NCBI GenBank assembly: GCA_000182565.2 | Contig: KQ257457.1 | DNA length: 64,000 nt | Origin: Spizellomyces punctatus DAOM BR117 | Taxonomy: Eukaryota | Direction: 5' to 3' (one strand) | Shown here: in pieces, positions 49,293-62,900 of the stretch | Layout: the number at the start of each line of letters is the position of its first letter | Position numbering within the stretch: the first letter of the stretch is position 1 | Made by a program: the position numbers and the translations under genes | Notes under the pieces: model-generated | Database searches by the model: none | What the model saw: the letters and a program-made list of their open reading frames with translations, nothing else | Told to the model about the DNA's origin: nothing

Positions 49293-50057
49293 ATGAATCT
49301 CGTCGCAACAGTCTTTTTCCTCGTCCTCACGACGACGACGAAAAGTACCTACGCCCACCTGACAGACCTCTTCCTCCTCCCAACACCCAACAATCCCTGC
49401 CCAACAATAACCCACTTGAACACAACAATATGCAAAACCACAGAACTCGCTCCCAACACCGAAACCCGACTCGGGTGGGCAAGCAACACCACTGGCGGAC
49501 TCGTATCCCTCTTTTTCGAAGCGACACCAACAACTTTTATTGCATCCAACCTCTCTTCAACGGAAACCACCCTCTTCATTCCCTCCACACCTATTCGTAT
49601 CGGTGCCTTGTACACTCGTAACGGAACGACAGACCCACCTTTGTTCATTACCCTCACAGCTCCCTCTTCGTCCAACACCGTCTCCCATATCGCATTGATC
49701 GTAGGTTTATCCTCGATTCTAGCCCTAACTGTCCTCCTAGCAAGTTTCTTTTGGTGGAGACGTCACATTCGAAATCAACCCGGCTACGCATCTCGTAAAG
49801 TCCAACGAAAACGCGGCATGTCTGTCATACCCGTTTTTGATCGATTTTGGCCAAAAGATGAGGATACGAGTCCTGTCTTGCCCCCTCGCCCGTGTTTTCG
49901 ACCTAGCCATGATGTCGTCCCTCCAACCCTTTGTCGAACATTTACATGGCAAAAGGACTCTGTGGTTGTTTTGGAACGTGAACCGAGTTCTGGTGAAGTT
50001 CCTGATGGGTGGGATGAGGAAAGTGGGTTTGGGGATACGAAACGCATCGTGCATTGA
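49293..50057 (+). CDS. Hypothetical type I membrane protein
   Basis: Signal peptide MNLVATVFFLVL, Thr-rich ectodomain, TM IALIVGLSSILALTVLLASFFWW followed by RRHIR. Confidence 0.65.
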   Translation: MNLVATVFFLVLTTTTKSTYAHLTDLFLLPTPNNPCPTITHLNTTICKTTELAPNTETRLGWASNTTGGLVSLFFEATPTTFIASNLSSTETTLFIPSTPIRIGALYTRNGTTDPPLFITLTAPSSSNTVSHIALIVGLSSILALTVLLASFFWWRRHIRNQPGYASRKVQRKRGMSVIPVFDRFWPKDEDTSPVLPPRPCFRPSHDVVPPTLCRTFTWQKDSVVVLEREPSSGEVPDGWDEESGFGDTKRIVH

Positions 50058-51594
50058 ATATTGTGGTGGGCGTTTTCTTAATGTTTTGTGTGAAATGAAC
50101 TAGTATATGTATATATGTTTTTTTTTGAGAATAGTTTATTGTCTTGTATTTATTGGAAAAATGAAAAGTTTTTTAATACATGAGTCGTTCGTAGTTTAAG
50201 ATGTGAGGTTGGTGCAGTTTTTATATCGCTAGACAAAAAAAAAAATGAGTGGAATTTGGTATTTTAAAGGTTACAAAAACCCCACTACACATGTGGGGCA
50301 TGATGATGGTTACTGGGTTATTTCTTTTGCCGTACTTTTGCTTCCAATAGTGTTTTTCTTTTTTTTTTTTTTGCTTTCAAGACCAGAGCGGAAAGTTTTT
50401 TAGAGTTTTGCTGACGGAGGGTTCGGAAGCTGTGATATGCAGAGATTCTATATATCCCGATTGTTCAACTTTTTGTGATATTGTCTAGAGCATTTCCACA
50501 CACCCTTGACGACCATTACTTTGCTTTTGGGGCTGTGAGAATAGTTTGGACTTATCTCTCTGGGTGCGATATTTTGTTCTTTTCCACAGATTGGAATAGG
50601 GTTTTCCTGATTTTTTAAACCTGTCTGACTTTTTTGAAAATCCAAATACTTGATTTGCCGTGTAAAACGCAGTACGACAAGTGTATTTTCCAATGAGCTG
50701 GTTTGGAATGCGTTGCAGCTAATATCTCCTTTGCGATCTTTTTCGCAATCCATACCCTTATATTTGGGACGTCACAACATTATTGGCTTCTAATACACCC
50801 ACACCAACTACAATCAAAACACTGAGGTTCTTTTATGTGTCCACTTTACACATCTCGCAAAAAAAAAACCCCCTGGCATATCTGCCCCCCAAACAACCGC
50901 AAAATTGTTAAATACCCTCTGGCGACATCACATCTACTCTATATTCCAATACCGATCACGTTCCGTCAAGTATCGATGTGTATATGATTGTCTTGAGTGA
51001 GAAAAGAATTCCTGATGGTAATGCACCGGTATTCATATCTGAGAATGATGACAATCCATAAAAGTCGTTGTGCATGAGATTAGCAACAAGTATAAAAGTT
51101 CAAGCGGGTATTATGTGTACGTCCTTTTTTCTGCAACATAAACTAATGTAGGGCATTAGAGCGTCGGTTGGGAATGCAGATACGGGAGACGAGAAGAATG
51201 GGATTCATAATTGAAAATAGGTGTCATGCACAACATTCGCAATTGATACTTGAATAATTACACTACGTTTAAAACAAAAAGCGCAAAAGATTCCTGAAAT
51301 TCCTATCCATCCTTTAACAGTACACAATGAGAGCTATCCGCTTCCACTGCTATCCAACAATACCCAAGAGACGAACGCAGCCATCCACTGATCGGAGCAC
51401 ATACGTAAGCATTCCACATGACATTCACCTGACGTGCACGAACCGCTTTACTGCGCACCCATCAAAAATTACCAGCTGGAGGATCTACAGTTCCATTTTT
51501 CTTGCCAGAATTTCACTCGATTGAAAAACACACATTTCACCAACGCCCACCCCCCACAATCACTGAATGTAACCCTCCCGAAACCAACCACACA

Positions 51595-52623
51595 ATGCCA
51601 AAAACCCTCCCCCCCTCAACCCTAACCCGCCTCCTCCTCCCCTTCCTCCTCACCTCCCTCGCCCTCAACACCATTTCCCAAATCCTCCCAACACTCTATA
51701 CAGCTGAAAATGTGTATACCCACCCAGGGACCGTACCACCCGATGCTACAACATACATTTCGCAACACCCGGCTACGACATTGGGGTTTTGGAAACGATG
51801 TGAGGGAAGTTGTGGGGATTTGGATCTCCCTTGTGGGAAACAGATTCCCAGTACACCCACCACTAATAACAAGGATCTCGCACAATCGTATCAAAACACA
51901 TCATCCCACCTTTGTCCAATATTCAATGCCGCCCGGGTATTAATGGTCCTATCCCTCTTTGCCGGTTTAATATCAACAATATCCCTCCTCCTAACCTCCA
52001 CAAAACGCTACCAAAACGATCCCATCGCCAGATTATTTTCCGTGCTGGGTGTACTCTGTATGACTGTTGTTCAAATCACGGCATTGGGATTATTAATTGC
52101 TTTTAAATCGGATTTGGATACACTTGGGAGTTTATCGGCTCAACTCCAAAATGGATCGAATACACCCGTTCAAGGCGTGAATACGGTTTATGCATTTGGA
52201 AGTGGGTTTTGGGTCGTTGTTGCTGCCGTTGTTTGTATTGTTTTGTGTGTGCCTGGTGTCGGTGTTGCTGCGGGGAGGTTATGGGTTCGTCAATCGAGAA
52301 TAATAAATGACGGGAAAGAACAGACCAAGATGGGGGATTCGCATCGGCGGTATCCGACCTTACAGGGGGCGTATACTGGGACTTTGTATCCTGTACCCCA
52401 AATGACGTCCCTCCCACTCCCTCCCACACCAACAACACCAACAACATCACAACACACGTCAACGCAGTCGTCCTATGCTTCGGCACCCAATACAGTATTG
52501 GTCCCAGACGATGATTCATCGTCATCGAGTTTTTCCGATAGTAAAAATAGTGGTGAAGAGGAATGGAGGAGGAGCTATGAAGTCGGAGATGATAATAGAT
52601 GGAGACGACAAAGCGTACATTAA
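51595..52623 (+). CDS. Claudin-like / SUR7-PalI-type tetraspan membrane protein
   Basis: Four hydrophobic helices, first-loop motif LGFWKRCEGSC, and YAFGSGFW before TM4. Confidence 0.75.
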   Translation: MPKTLPPSTLTRLLLPFLLTSLALNTISQILPTLYTAENVYTHPGTVPPDATTYISQHPATTLGFWKRCEGSCGDLDLPCGKQIPSTPTTNNKDLAQSYQNTSSHLCPIFNAARVLMVLSLFAGLISTISLLLTSTKRYQNDPIARLFSVLGVLCMTVVQITALGLLIAFKSDLDTLGSLSAQLQNGSNTPVQGVNTVYAFGSGFWVVVAAVVCIVLCVPGVGVAAGRLWVRQSRIINDGKEQTKMGDSHRRYPTLQGAYTGTLYPVPQMTSLPLPPTPTTPTTSQHTSTQSSYASAPNTVLVPDDDSSSSSFSDSKNSGEEEWRRSYEVGDDNRWRRQSVH

Positions 52624-52822
52624 AAATGCTTTTTTTTTCAATTACATGTCTCTTTTTTTTTGGAATAATGTTTAATAATGTGATTTTAAAACTCCCTTGA
52701 CAAATAATAATGCATTTCCAAAATACACACACAAAAAAAAAATTCCCTACAAACAAAACAATATCGAAAAAATAAACCCAAAACCAAAACCCCAAAAACA
52801 ACAATCATTCTTCTAATCTCAT

Positions 52823-55405
52823 TCACTGTGGGGTATCCTCATTAAACACATCCACTTCCTCTCCAATCCTCTTTAGAACCTCTTCCAACGGCACAAAATT
52901 CCCAACGAATGCATTCCCACCGACTTCTTCGGCACATTCCTTCCCTTCCACCCCACCCACCAACCACTCTCGCAAACTCTTGACAAGTTTATCTCGTCGA
53001 AGCTCCGTACCCCGCCATACTTGTCCAAAATCATGGCGTTCCTCACGGTGCCGTGACGTCTTGTACGATCGAATAAGCGAAAGCTAAAAAACCAACGTAA
53101 ACAAAAAAAAAAACAATACAAATAAACACATTTTTCAACTCCTCACCATCTTGTCAAATTCATACTTTTCCAATCCCACCCGACAAATCTCTTCTTCACC
53201 CTGTAACACCGTGAAGAGCTTCCTCGGTATCCGCTTCCGTGGATCGGGGAGGACGAACCAGTTGAGTTGGGATTTCGAGCCCTCCAGTTTTGGGTCGTAC
53301 GGACCTACAGCAAAATTACGGTGCACATTAGCAAGTTCACACAATGTCATTATTCCATTATGCGGAACATACCGCATATGGCACCTATAAACGGTCGATT
53401 TTCCACCGCCGGTGAAACAGACTCGCCTTCGACAGATGTTGCCTCTTGAGCCGTCTGTGCACTACCCGCACACGTACCCCCCACCTTCTCCCCCTCATCC
53501 TCTTGCCCAAAATGACCATAACAATACCCCTTGAATGCTTCCTGGTGAAGATGTTGCGTAGTCAAATCAATATTACTCGGGTCCGTGCTGAAAATGGGGT
53601 GACTATGGTACCACCCCATAATCTGTAACCCCAACGAGTCAGCCAAGGATAAGGCCTCCGCCAAGGATTCCTCAGAAGCTTCAACGGTAATAGTGGCATC
53701 AGCGTCAATGGGTTTACGTTGAGCGGGAAGCGCGGTGCGGATCACGCATTCTTTTACAGTACAGTTAGACGTGTCGCGTACAACATGATCTAGCAAAAAC
53801 ATCCTACCATTCTTTTCGGCATCATAATGTCCTGCCAGTAAACCCACAACCTCGGTATCAAGCAAATGCGAATGCAAGTCCATAAGCGCAATGGCTTTAC
53901 GATCCACGCGTAAATGGTACGGTTGACTTCCAGGTTGCCCGTCCCCTGGACTATTCTTAAAGCTCAAACAAGGCAAAAGGTCATATGCGTCTCTAGTAAC
54001 CCATGTTCAGGATGAGTCACAACCCTCAGCGCACAATGTCAAGGCCCTGTGTAGCAACGTACTCGGCATATTTTCGACGCGGTTTGCTGGCAGCCTCCCG
54101 ACGTGGTCGATTGCGCGCGTATTCCGTTTTACCGTCTGCGCCCACTTCTATTCCCAAGTCTTCCAACGAAGGTTGGACTATAGCTGGAGCTAACGGCTTA
54201 TCTACCTCCTGCGTTACACTGGCACCCGATGACTGACATCGTGTACTATACACCTCTCATTAGGGAAATCGACGGCTTTGATCTGCATGAATGGCGCACA
54301 CACCTTGGCGATATAGGTAAAACGGGTTGTTCCTGACTAGCAGACCGCTTCCGGACAAGTTCAACAGCAGGATGGTCGACCGTTTCTGTTTCCTTTCGCA
54401 GCGGGGAATCGGGTGATATCAGTGACGGATCACGCTTTCGGGCTTTCAAGTACGGTCTTAAGGCAGCGCTGTCTGGATTCAATGGCTTTCCGCTAAGTGT
54501 ATACCCTTCGCCACTCTGCTTGACCTACAAAAGAGTATGAGCAAAGTCCAAAATATTACAGTGGCATTGAACATAATGTGGCACCTTGTCCGGAAGAGGT
54601 TTACCATCTAAATACAAGTGAATGAAATGCTTTTGTGCATGCGACTTTACACAATCTCTGGATCGTGTCTTTATATGCCGCGTCAACTGTTGAGTAGAGT
54701 TAGTTTATTTGCACTGAGATAACGACAAAGCATCTGGACATACGTCTTCCCAACCTCGACCAAAAGTTTCTAGTCCTTCCAAAAAGAGCTTCTCCTCAAG
54801 ATCGGTCCAGCGCCCCTGATTTATGGCAGTCATTTTCGAGGTTTGAGTTTTAGTAACGCTGCCAGAGTCTGGTTGTGCGTTGATTGTGGCTGCTGTTCCA
54901 CCCTCTGCGGGCGGCGCGTCGGATGCCGGGGGATGATCTGGGGGGGCCGACGTCTCAGAGTTTACTGTAGGAATCGATGAGACTTGTTCATCTCCCTTTA
55001 ATCTCTTTACGACATTTGGTGATGTCTGCTCATCAATTGTTGCTGCGTGAGCTGGATCATCATGCGGCTGAGACGGCTTGCGCTTGCGACCGCGTCCTCG
55101 TGACTTTGAAGATGCGGACGACCTGCTTCCGTTACCACTTGATGTACGGCCACCTTTGAACGCCATCAGTTTAGAGATCCCTCTTTGTCCGCCAATCCTC
55201 AATCCATTTCGCCCTTCCTCTTACCTCTCTTTCCAGATTTTTTCAGCTTCCGAGGATCCAAAACAAAATCATCATCGTCCTTGCCGGCATTATCAAACGG
55301 GTCTTCCCAATAATCTTCATATGCATCGAATTGTTCTTGGAGTTGCCGGGCAATAGCTTCATCCGAGAGCTCTTGCGTCTTGGTCGGGGCAATGACAGAT
55401 GTCAT
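52823..55405 (-). CDS. Myb/SANT + MPN+ (JAMM) protein, MYSM1-like deubiquitinase; multi-exon, start uncertain
   Basis: SANT GRWTDLEEKLFLEGLETFGRGW|..IKTRSRDCVKSHAQKHF. MPN LMDLHSHLLDTEVVGLLAG...GWYHSHPIFSTDPSNID and PFIGAIC|PYDP. The last exon ends ...EDTPQ* at 52823. Confidence 0.85.
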
Positions 55406-56609
55406 CTATGTAGCAAAAGGAGCCCATTAATATCCGTCCTTTGCTTGATCGACACTCATCCTCGCCCGATAATTTACATCGATATCCCCAAACATCGCAT
55501 CTTGCAGCCATCCAAACGCGTCACAAAGTAATACACCTTCTTCCCCAATGGTCTTTCCAATCGGACATGACGTATCCCCATCTATTCTGGTTGGTCTTTA
55601 GATACCTACCTTTATTACGACTTTAAGAATTTTTGTTCACGTGAAGGTTTGAGGGTTTGGGATGAAGGACGTCCGTAGGCTCCGTCCACCAGAAACACTC
55701 GTAAATCTCGCGAGGTTAATCAAACAGGGAAAAAGGGCGACGTGGACACTAGAGAATAGACTCAACGATGACGGCTCGATGGGGAATCGCGTACCGGTCA
55801 TCGGACGCTCATCTTGCAAGCAGGTTCGTCCAAAACCGACGAGGAACACGAGGGCGCTGGGCATGTCCGTTTGGCATGCCGATCGGACATGTCACGTGCG
55901 TGGCGCATGCAATGTGGTGTTACAAAAAGGTGTTCTGAAGGAGATGGGCACTGTTGCAGTATCATTCTGGGCGACCTTTCCGCGAGGTTGCATTTCTTTT
56001 TACACTATCCGTTTGTCAAGGGTAAATTAAATAAAAGGAAAAGGAAAACTGTCTTTTTGCTTTTAGAGTTTTCAGTTGTATTTGCACACGAGAGATGCAT
56101 GTTTTTGCCGTCGGGTTTTGTTGAGTTGCGCATCGCCGCCGTTGCAAAGTTTTGTCGTTCGTTTGTCTCTGGAGATGACGATAACTGTTGACGAATCTCC
56201 GCAATTGCGCTCACTTGAGTCATTGGGGGGGGGGGGGGGGTAAACCATTGCAGCCGATGATAACAAAAGGAAAACTGAATTCCAAAACACATTTTTTTCC
56301 CTTGGCCGCGTTCTGACTGTTGGGAACAGCTGGAATGTCGTCGTTTACCATCACGGCCTGTTTTTGCCCGTTGTAGTCATTCAAGAAAAGAGTTAGTGAC
56401 TGCTCACTTGGCGAACAAAAAAAAGCTAGTCAAAGAGGCAGCGATCTCAGGGTTGTAAACATGTCAGTTTCGAATATTTTTCCTATATCCACTAGCCATG
56501 TCACCAGGGTAGCAGCGCTTCTTTTGTTTTTTCAAATAAACTCTACTCCACTCCCCTCCCTCCTTTTGTTCAGTCATTGTCTACTTTACCTCATAAGCAT
56601 TCGTACCCA

Positions 56610-58988
56610 ATGGCAGAGGAGGCAAAACCAAAGGAGGGAGATCCAACGTCTCATCCTGTGGAGGAACAAGAAGATGATGGATTCGGAGATAGGCTACCTG
56701 GCATTAGCGATGAAGAGGATTATCAAGTTACCGTCCGTGCTATTGCCATTGGATGTCTTTTGGGTGCCATCGTAGGAGCCTCCAACATGTATCTTGGTTT
56801 AAAAACTGGTAATTTCCATCTATTGAACACACGTATCTTGTGCAACCTTTGACACTATTTAACTTTTAATAACCAGGATTCACTTTTGGACCTGCTCTAT
56901 TCGGTGCCATTATCGGTTTCTCCATTCTTAAACCCCTTTCCCGGGTCTTGCCTCCTGCATTTGGTGGTGGTCATTTCGGACCAAAAGAAAACTGCACTGT
57001 TCAAACTGCAGCTACCGCTGCTGGTGGTTTGGGCATTATTTTCGTCTCTGCTGTCCCCGCGCTATATAAACTCGGTCTTATGGGTGAGAGTCCTAAAAAG
57101 GTTCGTGGTTATTCAAGAATGCAGGCTTGTTTAGGGGTGACCAAACCTGTAACCCAACTACCAACTCTTGATATCAGGATATTGGCCGCTTGATTCTGTT
57201 GACACTCATCTCCGCCTACTACGGTCTCTTCTTTGGTAGCGTTTGTGATGTTAATTAGTTTGCCAGACAGTACCCAGTAACAATTTCTTTTTCAATTTCC
57301 ATCAGCCGTCCCCCTCCGGAAATACTTTGTCATCAAACAAAAACTCATCTTCCCAACTCCTACCGCATCCGCTCATACGATTCGGTCCCTTCACGATGGT
57401 GTCTCAGGAGAAGCTGTCGGCAAATCCAAAGCCAAGGTTATGGTCATTTGCTTCACTTGCGCCATCATTTGGACTCTTGCTGGATACTTTGCCCCTGGGG
57501 TATTCCGAGACTGGCACATTGCTTATTGGTTTTACTCTTGGGGTTGGAAACCAGCCATCCAAGCCGAGAATTGGCATTGGATCCTCCAGTGGACACCTGC
57601 TTTCATTGGAGCAGGTATGCTCAGTGGATTGAACGTGTCCGCATCCATGTGGCTCGGAAGTTTCTTGGCTTGGGGTGTTATCGGTCCTATCCTGATCAGC
57701 AACGGTAAAGCTGTCGGAAAAGATACAAAGTATCCTGACCAAGTCAACTACTTTCGCTCCATTACTGAAGACCCTTTAAACGCCCCTTCCCCTCGTTACT
57801 GGATGCTCTGGCCAGGTGTCATGCTCATGGTGTGCACCAGTTTTGCGGAACTGCTCTGGAATTGGAAGACTATTGGTCTGGGTTTGCGAAATACTTTTGC
57901 TGACATTTGGAATACAGTCACTCGTAAACGGTCAGAGGCAGCCCTGGATGTTCAAATGGACGACGAGGATCCTACCTTGCCCAGCGAGAACATTCCAACC
58001 GTTGTTTGGACAGGAGGCGTACTCCTTTCCGCCGTCTTCACGATCGTCATCTTGAACCAATCCTTCAATGTCGGTGTCGGCGAAGGCATTCTTTCCATCG
58101 TCCTCGCGTTCTTGTTTGCATTTATCGGCCTCCAAGCTGCTGGTCAAACCGATATCAACCCCGTCAGTGCCGTAGCAAAGACATCCCAACTGGTTTTTGG
58201 TGGTGTGAGTAAGGGTAAAGGCATGACGGAAGGTACCCAACTCCTTGATGCACAACGGATGAACTTGATCGGAGGAGCTGTGGCAGCCGCCGCAGCCGCT
58301 CAATCGGTCGATATGGTCGGTGATCTGAAAACTGGCTACCTCCTACGTGCCACACCTCGCGGACAATTTATTGCGCAAATCTTTGGCGCATTTGTTTCTG
58401 TTTTCATATCCGTCGGTCTCTTTATTTTGTACACCCAAGCGTACCCTTGCATTATCCGCACCCAAGAGGAGGACAAGCTTCACGACGAGTGCGAGTTTGC
58501 AATGCCCTCTGTAGGGGCTTGGTCTGCGGTCGCCCAAGCTTTGACGGACAAGGACCCCACCATTCCACATTCCTCTGGGTACACAGCCATCGGACTAGGT
58601 GTTACGGCAGTTGTATCTGTTTGGATCAAGAATTCTATGCCCGAGAAATATCAACACTACGTGCCAAACTTTAACGCAATTGGGTAACTTCCCTACTGTG
58701 ACAGCCATCACTTATTCCATTTCACTCACTTTTCTTTTTCGCAGTATCGCATTTGTGCTTGAGAGCACTGTATACTCCAATGCCATGTTGATTGGTGCAG
58801 TGATAGCTCACATCTGGGTCAAGCGCTGGCCCGCATCATGGGAAATGGCTGGTTACGCCGTTGCATCTGGTCTCATTGCTGGCGAAGGTTTATCTGGCCT
58901 CCTACAGGCCATTCTAAACATTGCCGATTTGGGTGGTGAGAAGGTTGGAACGGGTTTCATGTGTCCGCATCGCGAGTATTGTGGATGA
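56610..58988 (+). CDS. OPT-superfamily oligopeptide transporter (YSL-like clade); multi-exon
   Basis: QVTVRAIAIG..ASNMYLGLKTG|FTFG, FGPKENCTVQTAATA, PLRKYFV...L.FP, GQTDINPVS and GDLKTGYLLRATPRGQF; many TM helices. Confidence 0.93.
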
Positions 58989-59946
58989 GATGGATATCTC
59001 ACTAGTGTAATTCTATGTACAATTAAGGCTTAATTTTCAAAAGCCGACATAATCAAATGAAAAGTTCGCCTGGTCGAACCTTTCAATATGTCGGGATATC
59101 ATTCTGTTGATAGCATTGAGAAAAAGAAAAAGTGCGGTGAACCACAACGATCAGGCATCAGATCAGAAACTTACTTGCACACGCTGGATGATACCCGACT
59201 TTAAAGCTGAGAACCCTCAAGGTTGATGAAACTGTACCAGAGCAAAAGTATCTGTCATCCGATCAGGAAGAAATGCATTTGTTTGCGGATCATCAACAAT
59301 CTTCCTCGATCAACATCGTAATGCAAAAGCAGAAAAAGCGCTTTGGAAACACTATTTTCTTCCACATTTGATAACCTTCCGCTCATGCATCTTTCATTTT
59401 ATGTCTGTATCTTGCATTGTGGCTGAAGATTTTTTTTCTATCACTTACTGCCAAAGGTACAGTACCGAGTCAGGTTATTGGTGACGCCCAGGTCATGGAT
59501 TGAATACGACAAGGGACTCCATGGGCTGGTCATCTTTAAAACCGAAAACTGCAATTATTTAGTAGGAAGGCGGGCCCAAGGCATAAAGTATACGCACATT
59601 GGATCTCGACTTTTGGGTGCGAGCTGCTGGGTCCTGGTCATAGGAACAAGGACAGCCCTTTGGGCATGCTTTGAATGTATTTCTGAGCAGAAACACTGCT
59701 GAAGCTGAGCAAAAGGAAATTGTTGGCTGAAGATAAACTTTACAAACTGCCACAATACCATCCTGGGTGAAGGCTTGCTCGAAATGTCAGGTGCTAATTT
59801 CAGGTGAGAAGGTGGCCCAAGGCTACTTTCATCGATAACTTGTATATCACTGCAGGCGAGCCATGTCCAGAAGTGAGAAAGTTTAGACTGGCCAAAAGCA
59901 ACCTTTTTCTATCTGGTATAGTACAAGAAGACCGTGTCTTTTGCCC

Positions 59947-62900
59947 ATGTTGGACATTCTGGTTGCCGGAACACTTGCCCTCGAATTCTTGAGCGTCCAT
60001 AGCTATGCAGCAGTCAACCTTGCACTCCCGCGGGCGAATTATGCGATGATTGCAGCAAGAGATAAACTCTTGTTTGTAGGAGGAACACCCATCTGGTCAA
60101 CTACCATGCCCGATGGCAAGTTCGTTCACAAATTGATCACTCAGCGTTGCATTATTAAATGCTTGGCTCATAGACAGAGCACTACAAACTCAAAAGAATG
60201 ACATACAGCGCAAATTCACGATCATTCCATTCAACAATATCTCAGCTGGGTATGACACCCCCGTCCCCTGGCTCCACAACGCTGGCGGCTTTCCGGACGG
60301 ATTGAGTTGTAACCTCAATCATGATTCTGTGCATTGCTTTGGTACGTCCATTCGCAGTTCCCAACGTATCACGCATTATCTGATGTTAGAATCCCTTGTA
60401 ATAGGAGGATGGTCTTCTGCCTTCTCGGGGCTCACCACAAATAGTCTCATAGTCTTTGATGCTGCGACTTTGGAGCAGCGAGCGAATACATCTATATCCG
60501 CAATCTCCCCTAGAGCACAGCATGGAGCCGTGATCCTAGGAGGAAAACTCTTTGTTTTCGCTGGTGAGAAAGCATAGAAATTGTCAATTTTGTTGTTATG
60601 CATGGCTCATTGGTACTTCTTCCTACTTGTCCTGAACCTACGGCATTAGGAACGGATTCACCAGGTATTCCGCACCCTGGTACATGATGCAAGGAGCACT
60701 ACTAACCCAAGATGCACTCTGCAACCAGAGGGCAGAACCGCTTTCGATGATCTGTGGACTATTGATCTGCAAACATACACCGCTTCACAAGTTACACTGG
60801 CTGACAATAGTCCTCATCAGAGCTCCGTTTCGTCGCCAAGTCCAACTCCAGAGTTGATTCCACCCCCACAAGAAGTTCCACCGCCTCGACAACCCCCTCC
60901 ATCAACTGGACCAAGCGGTCCTCCCATGCGCCAGCCTCCGACGACGACACAGCCAACTGAACAAAGCGGACCTCCGATGAGACAGCCTCCATCAATCACT
61001 CAGGCAACCACCCCCCTTCCTCCTGTGCTACCTCCACCATTTACCAGCATGATAATATCCCCTAACCCAGGATCATCATCTACCCAGCCTGCTGTGACGT
61101 CCACAGTGTCGCCCACGACAGTCACTTCACTAGCACCGACCTCAACCACCACATTCGCAGTATCCACACGCAGCGCCGCGCCAGCCGCGCCTGAGACGTC
61201 AGTTAGCCGTCCGCCCATGACCTTCAGCTCAGCGCTACCGAACATTCTCCCGACCACGGCTGTCATAGTTCCAACAAGCACATTTGCGCCACCTCCAGTG
61301 TCACCACGACCTGCAACAAGTAATGACGCTCCGATTCCGGTCGTTACGAGGTCCATAGCGCCGCCTCCAGTCTCACCACGACCTGCAACAAGTAATGACG
61401 CTCCGATTCCGGTCGTTACGAGGTCCATAGCGCCGCCTCCAGTCTCACCACGACCTGCAACAAGTAATGACGCTCCGATTCCGGTCGTTACGAGGTCCAT
61501 AGCGCCGCCTGCTCCTACCGCCAGTGAGCCATCTAGGTCACCAGACACTAATACGTCACCAGAGTCTAACCCGCCAGCTTCTAATAATCCAGCAAGACCC
61601 GGCAATCGACCTGAATCCAGCAACTCACCAGCTCCCAACAACGGACCTGGTTCCAACAACGCACCAACTCCAAACAACGGACCTGGGTCCAACAGCTCAC
61701 CACCCGGCAATCCGGAGCCAAATGCTCAGCCTCCCAGCGATTCTGCACCTCCTCCCACGCAAGGCAACAGACAGGTAACCTCACGTTCCAGACGCTCCAA
61801 CAAGTCCCAAAGAGGTCTTTTGCGACGTGCAACATCACAGCCAGTGAAGCCTTCTGCTAGGCAAAGTTTCTGCCTTTCGGCTTTGACATCGAACTCTTTT
61901 CTGCTATTTGGGGGGGTGGCACCCTCTGGTGCTCTACTAGGGGATACCTGGATCTTTGATGCAGATAGTAGCACTTGGACAAACATTTCAACAACACACG
62001 CCCCTTCCCCACGCATGGCATCCGCTTGCACGACAGCTCCCGACAGCAAGATATACCTTTTTGGTGGTTACGCTTTAAAGGTCGATAACAACACGCAAGG
62101 CCAGACGTTTGGCCCAATTGGAGATTTGTGGATGTTTTCAGGGAAGGATTGGTCATTACTGGCAGTTGAAAAAACAAACTCTACCACGGCTGGGACGAAC
62201 ACACATCAGCCATCTGCTCGATATTTCTCGGCAGTAATATTTCCTGAATCTAGCAACTTTTTATTCGTCTATGGAGGGCTGGGCAAAGATTCTGTGATAG
62301 CGACGGACGACCAGCTGTACACTTTTGATACCAGGCAGATTGGATTTGCAGATCCGGGTGGGACCTCGCCGCCAGGGGTTGGATGGGTGGATCCTCCTCC
62401 GAATATTGTAATTCAAAAAGAGGATCAACAAAATGTTGCGTTACTCGTTGGATGTGTTGTAGGGGGTGCAGCAGCTTTAGCATTATGTGTGATGGGCATA
62501 ACATCTTGCATCCTGATTCGAAAGAAGAAGAACCAGAAGAAAATGCTAAAACGACACGAGCATACACGAATGGCCTTGGACCAGGGAAGCCCGTCCATTG
62601 AGAGAAGCCATTCTTGGATCTCTTCGGATCATTCGACTCCGAATCCGACTCTTTCCCGAGAGGAAAGACCACATGTGTTGGATGTCGACCTTGCACGTAC
62701 TTACCGTGGAGCGACAGATGTTTTGCCACCTCCGGCGTACTCGGACGTTATCGATCCCGTCAGCACATCCACTGAGCGTGCTACCCCGCCGAGACATCTG
62801 TCCATACCGTCTCCTTCATCTATCTCAGCAAGTCCAGCTTCTGGATCCACTTCATCTTTAACACAAAGTCGGTCCGTTCTTTCCGGCTTTTCCATTCCGA

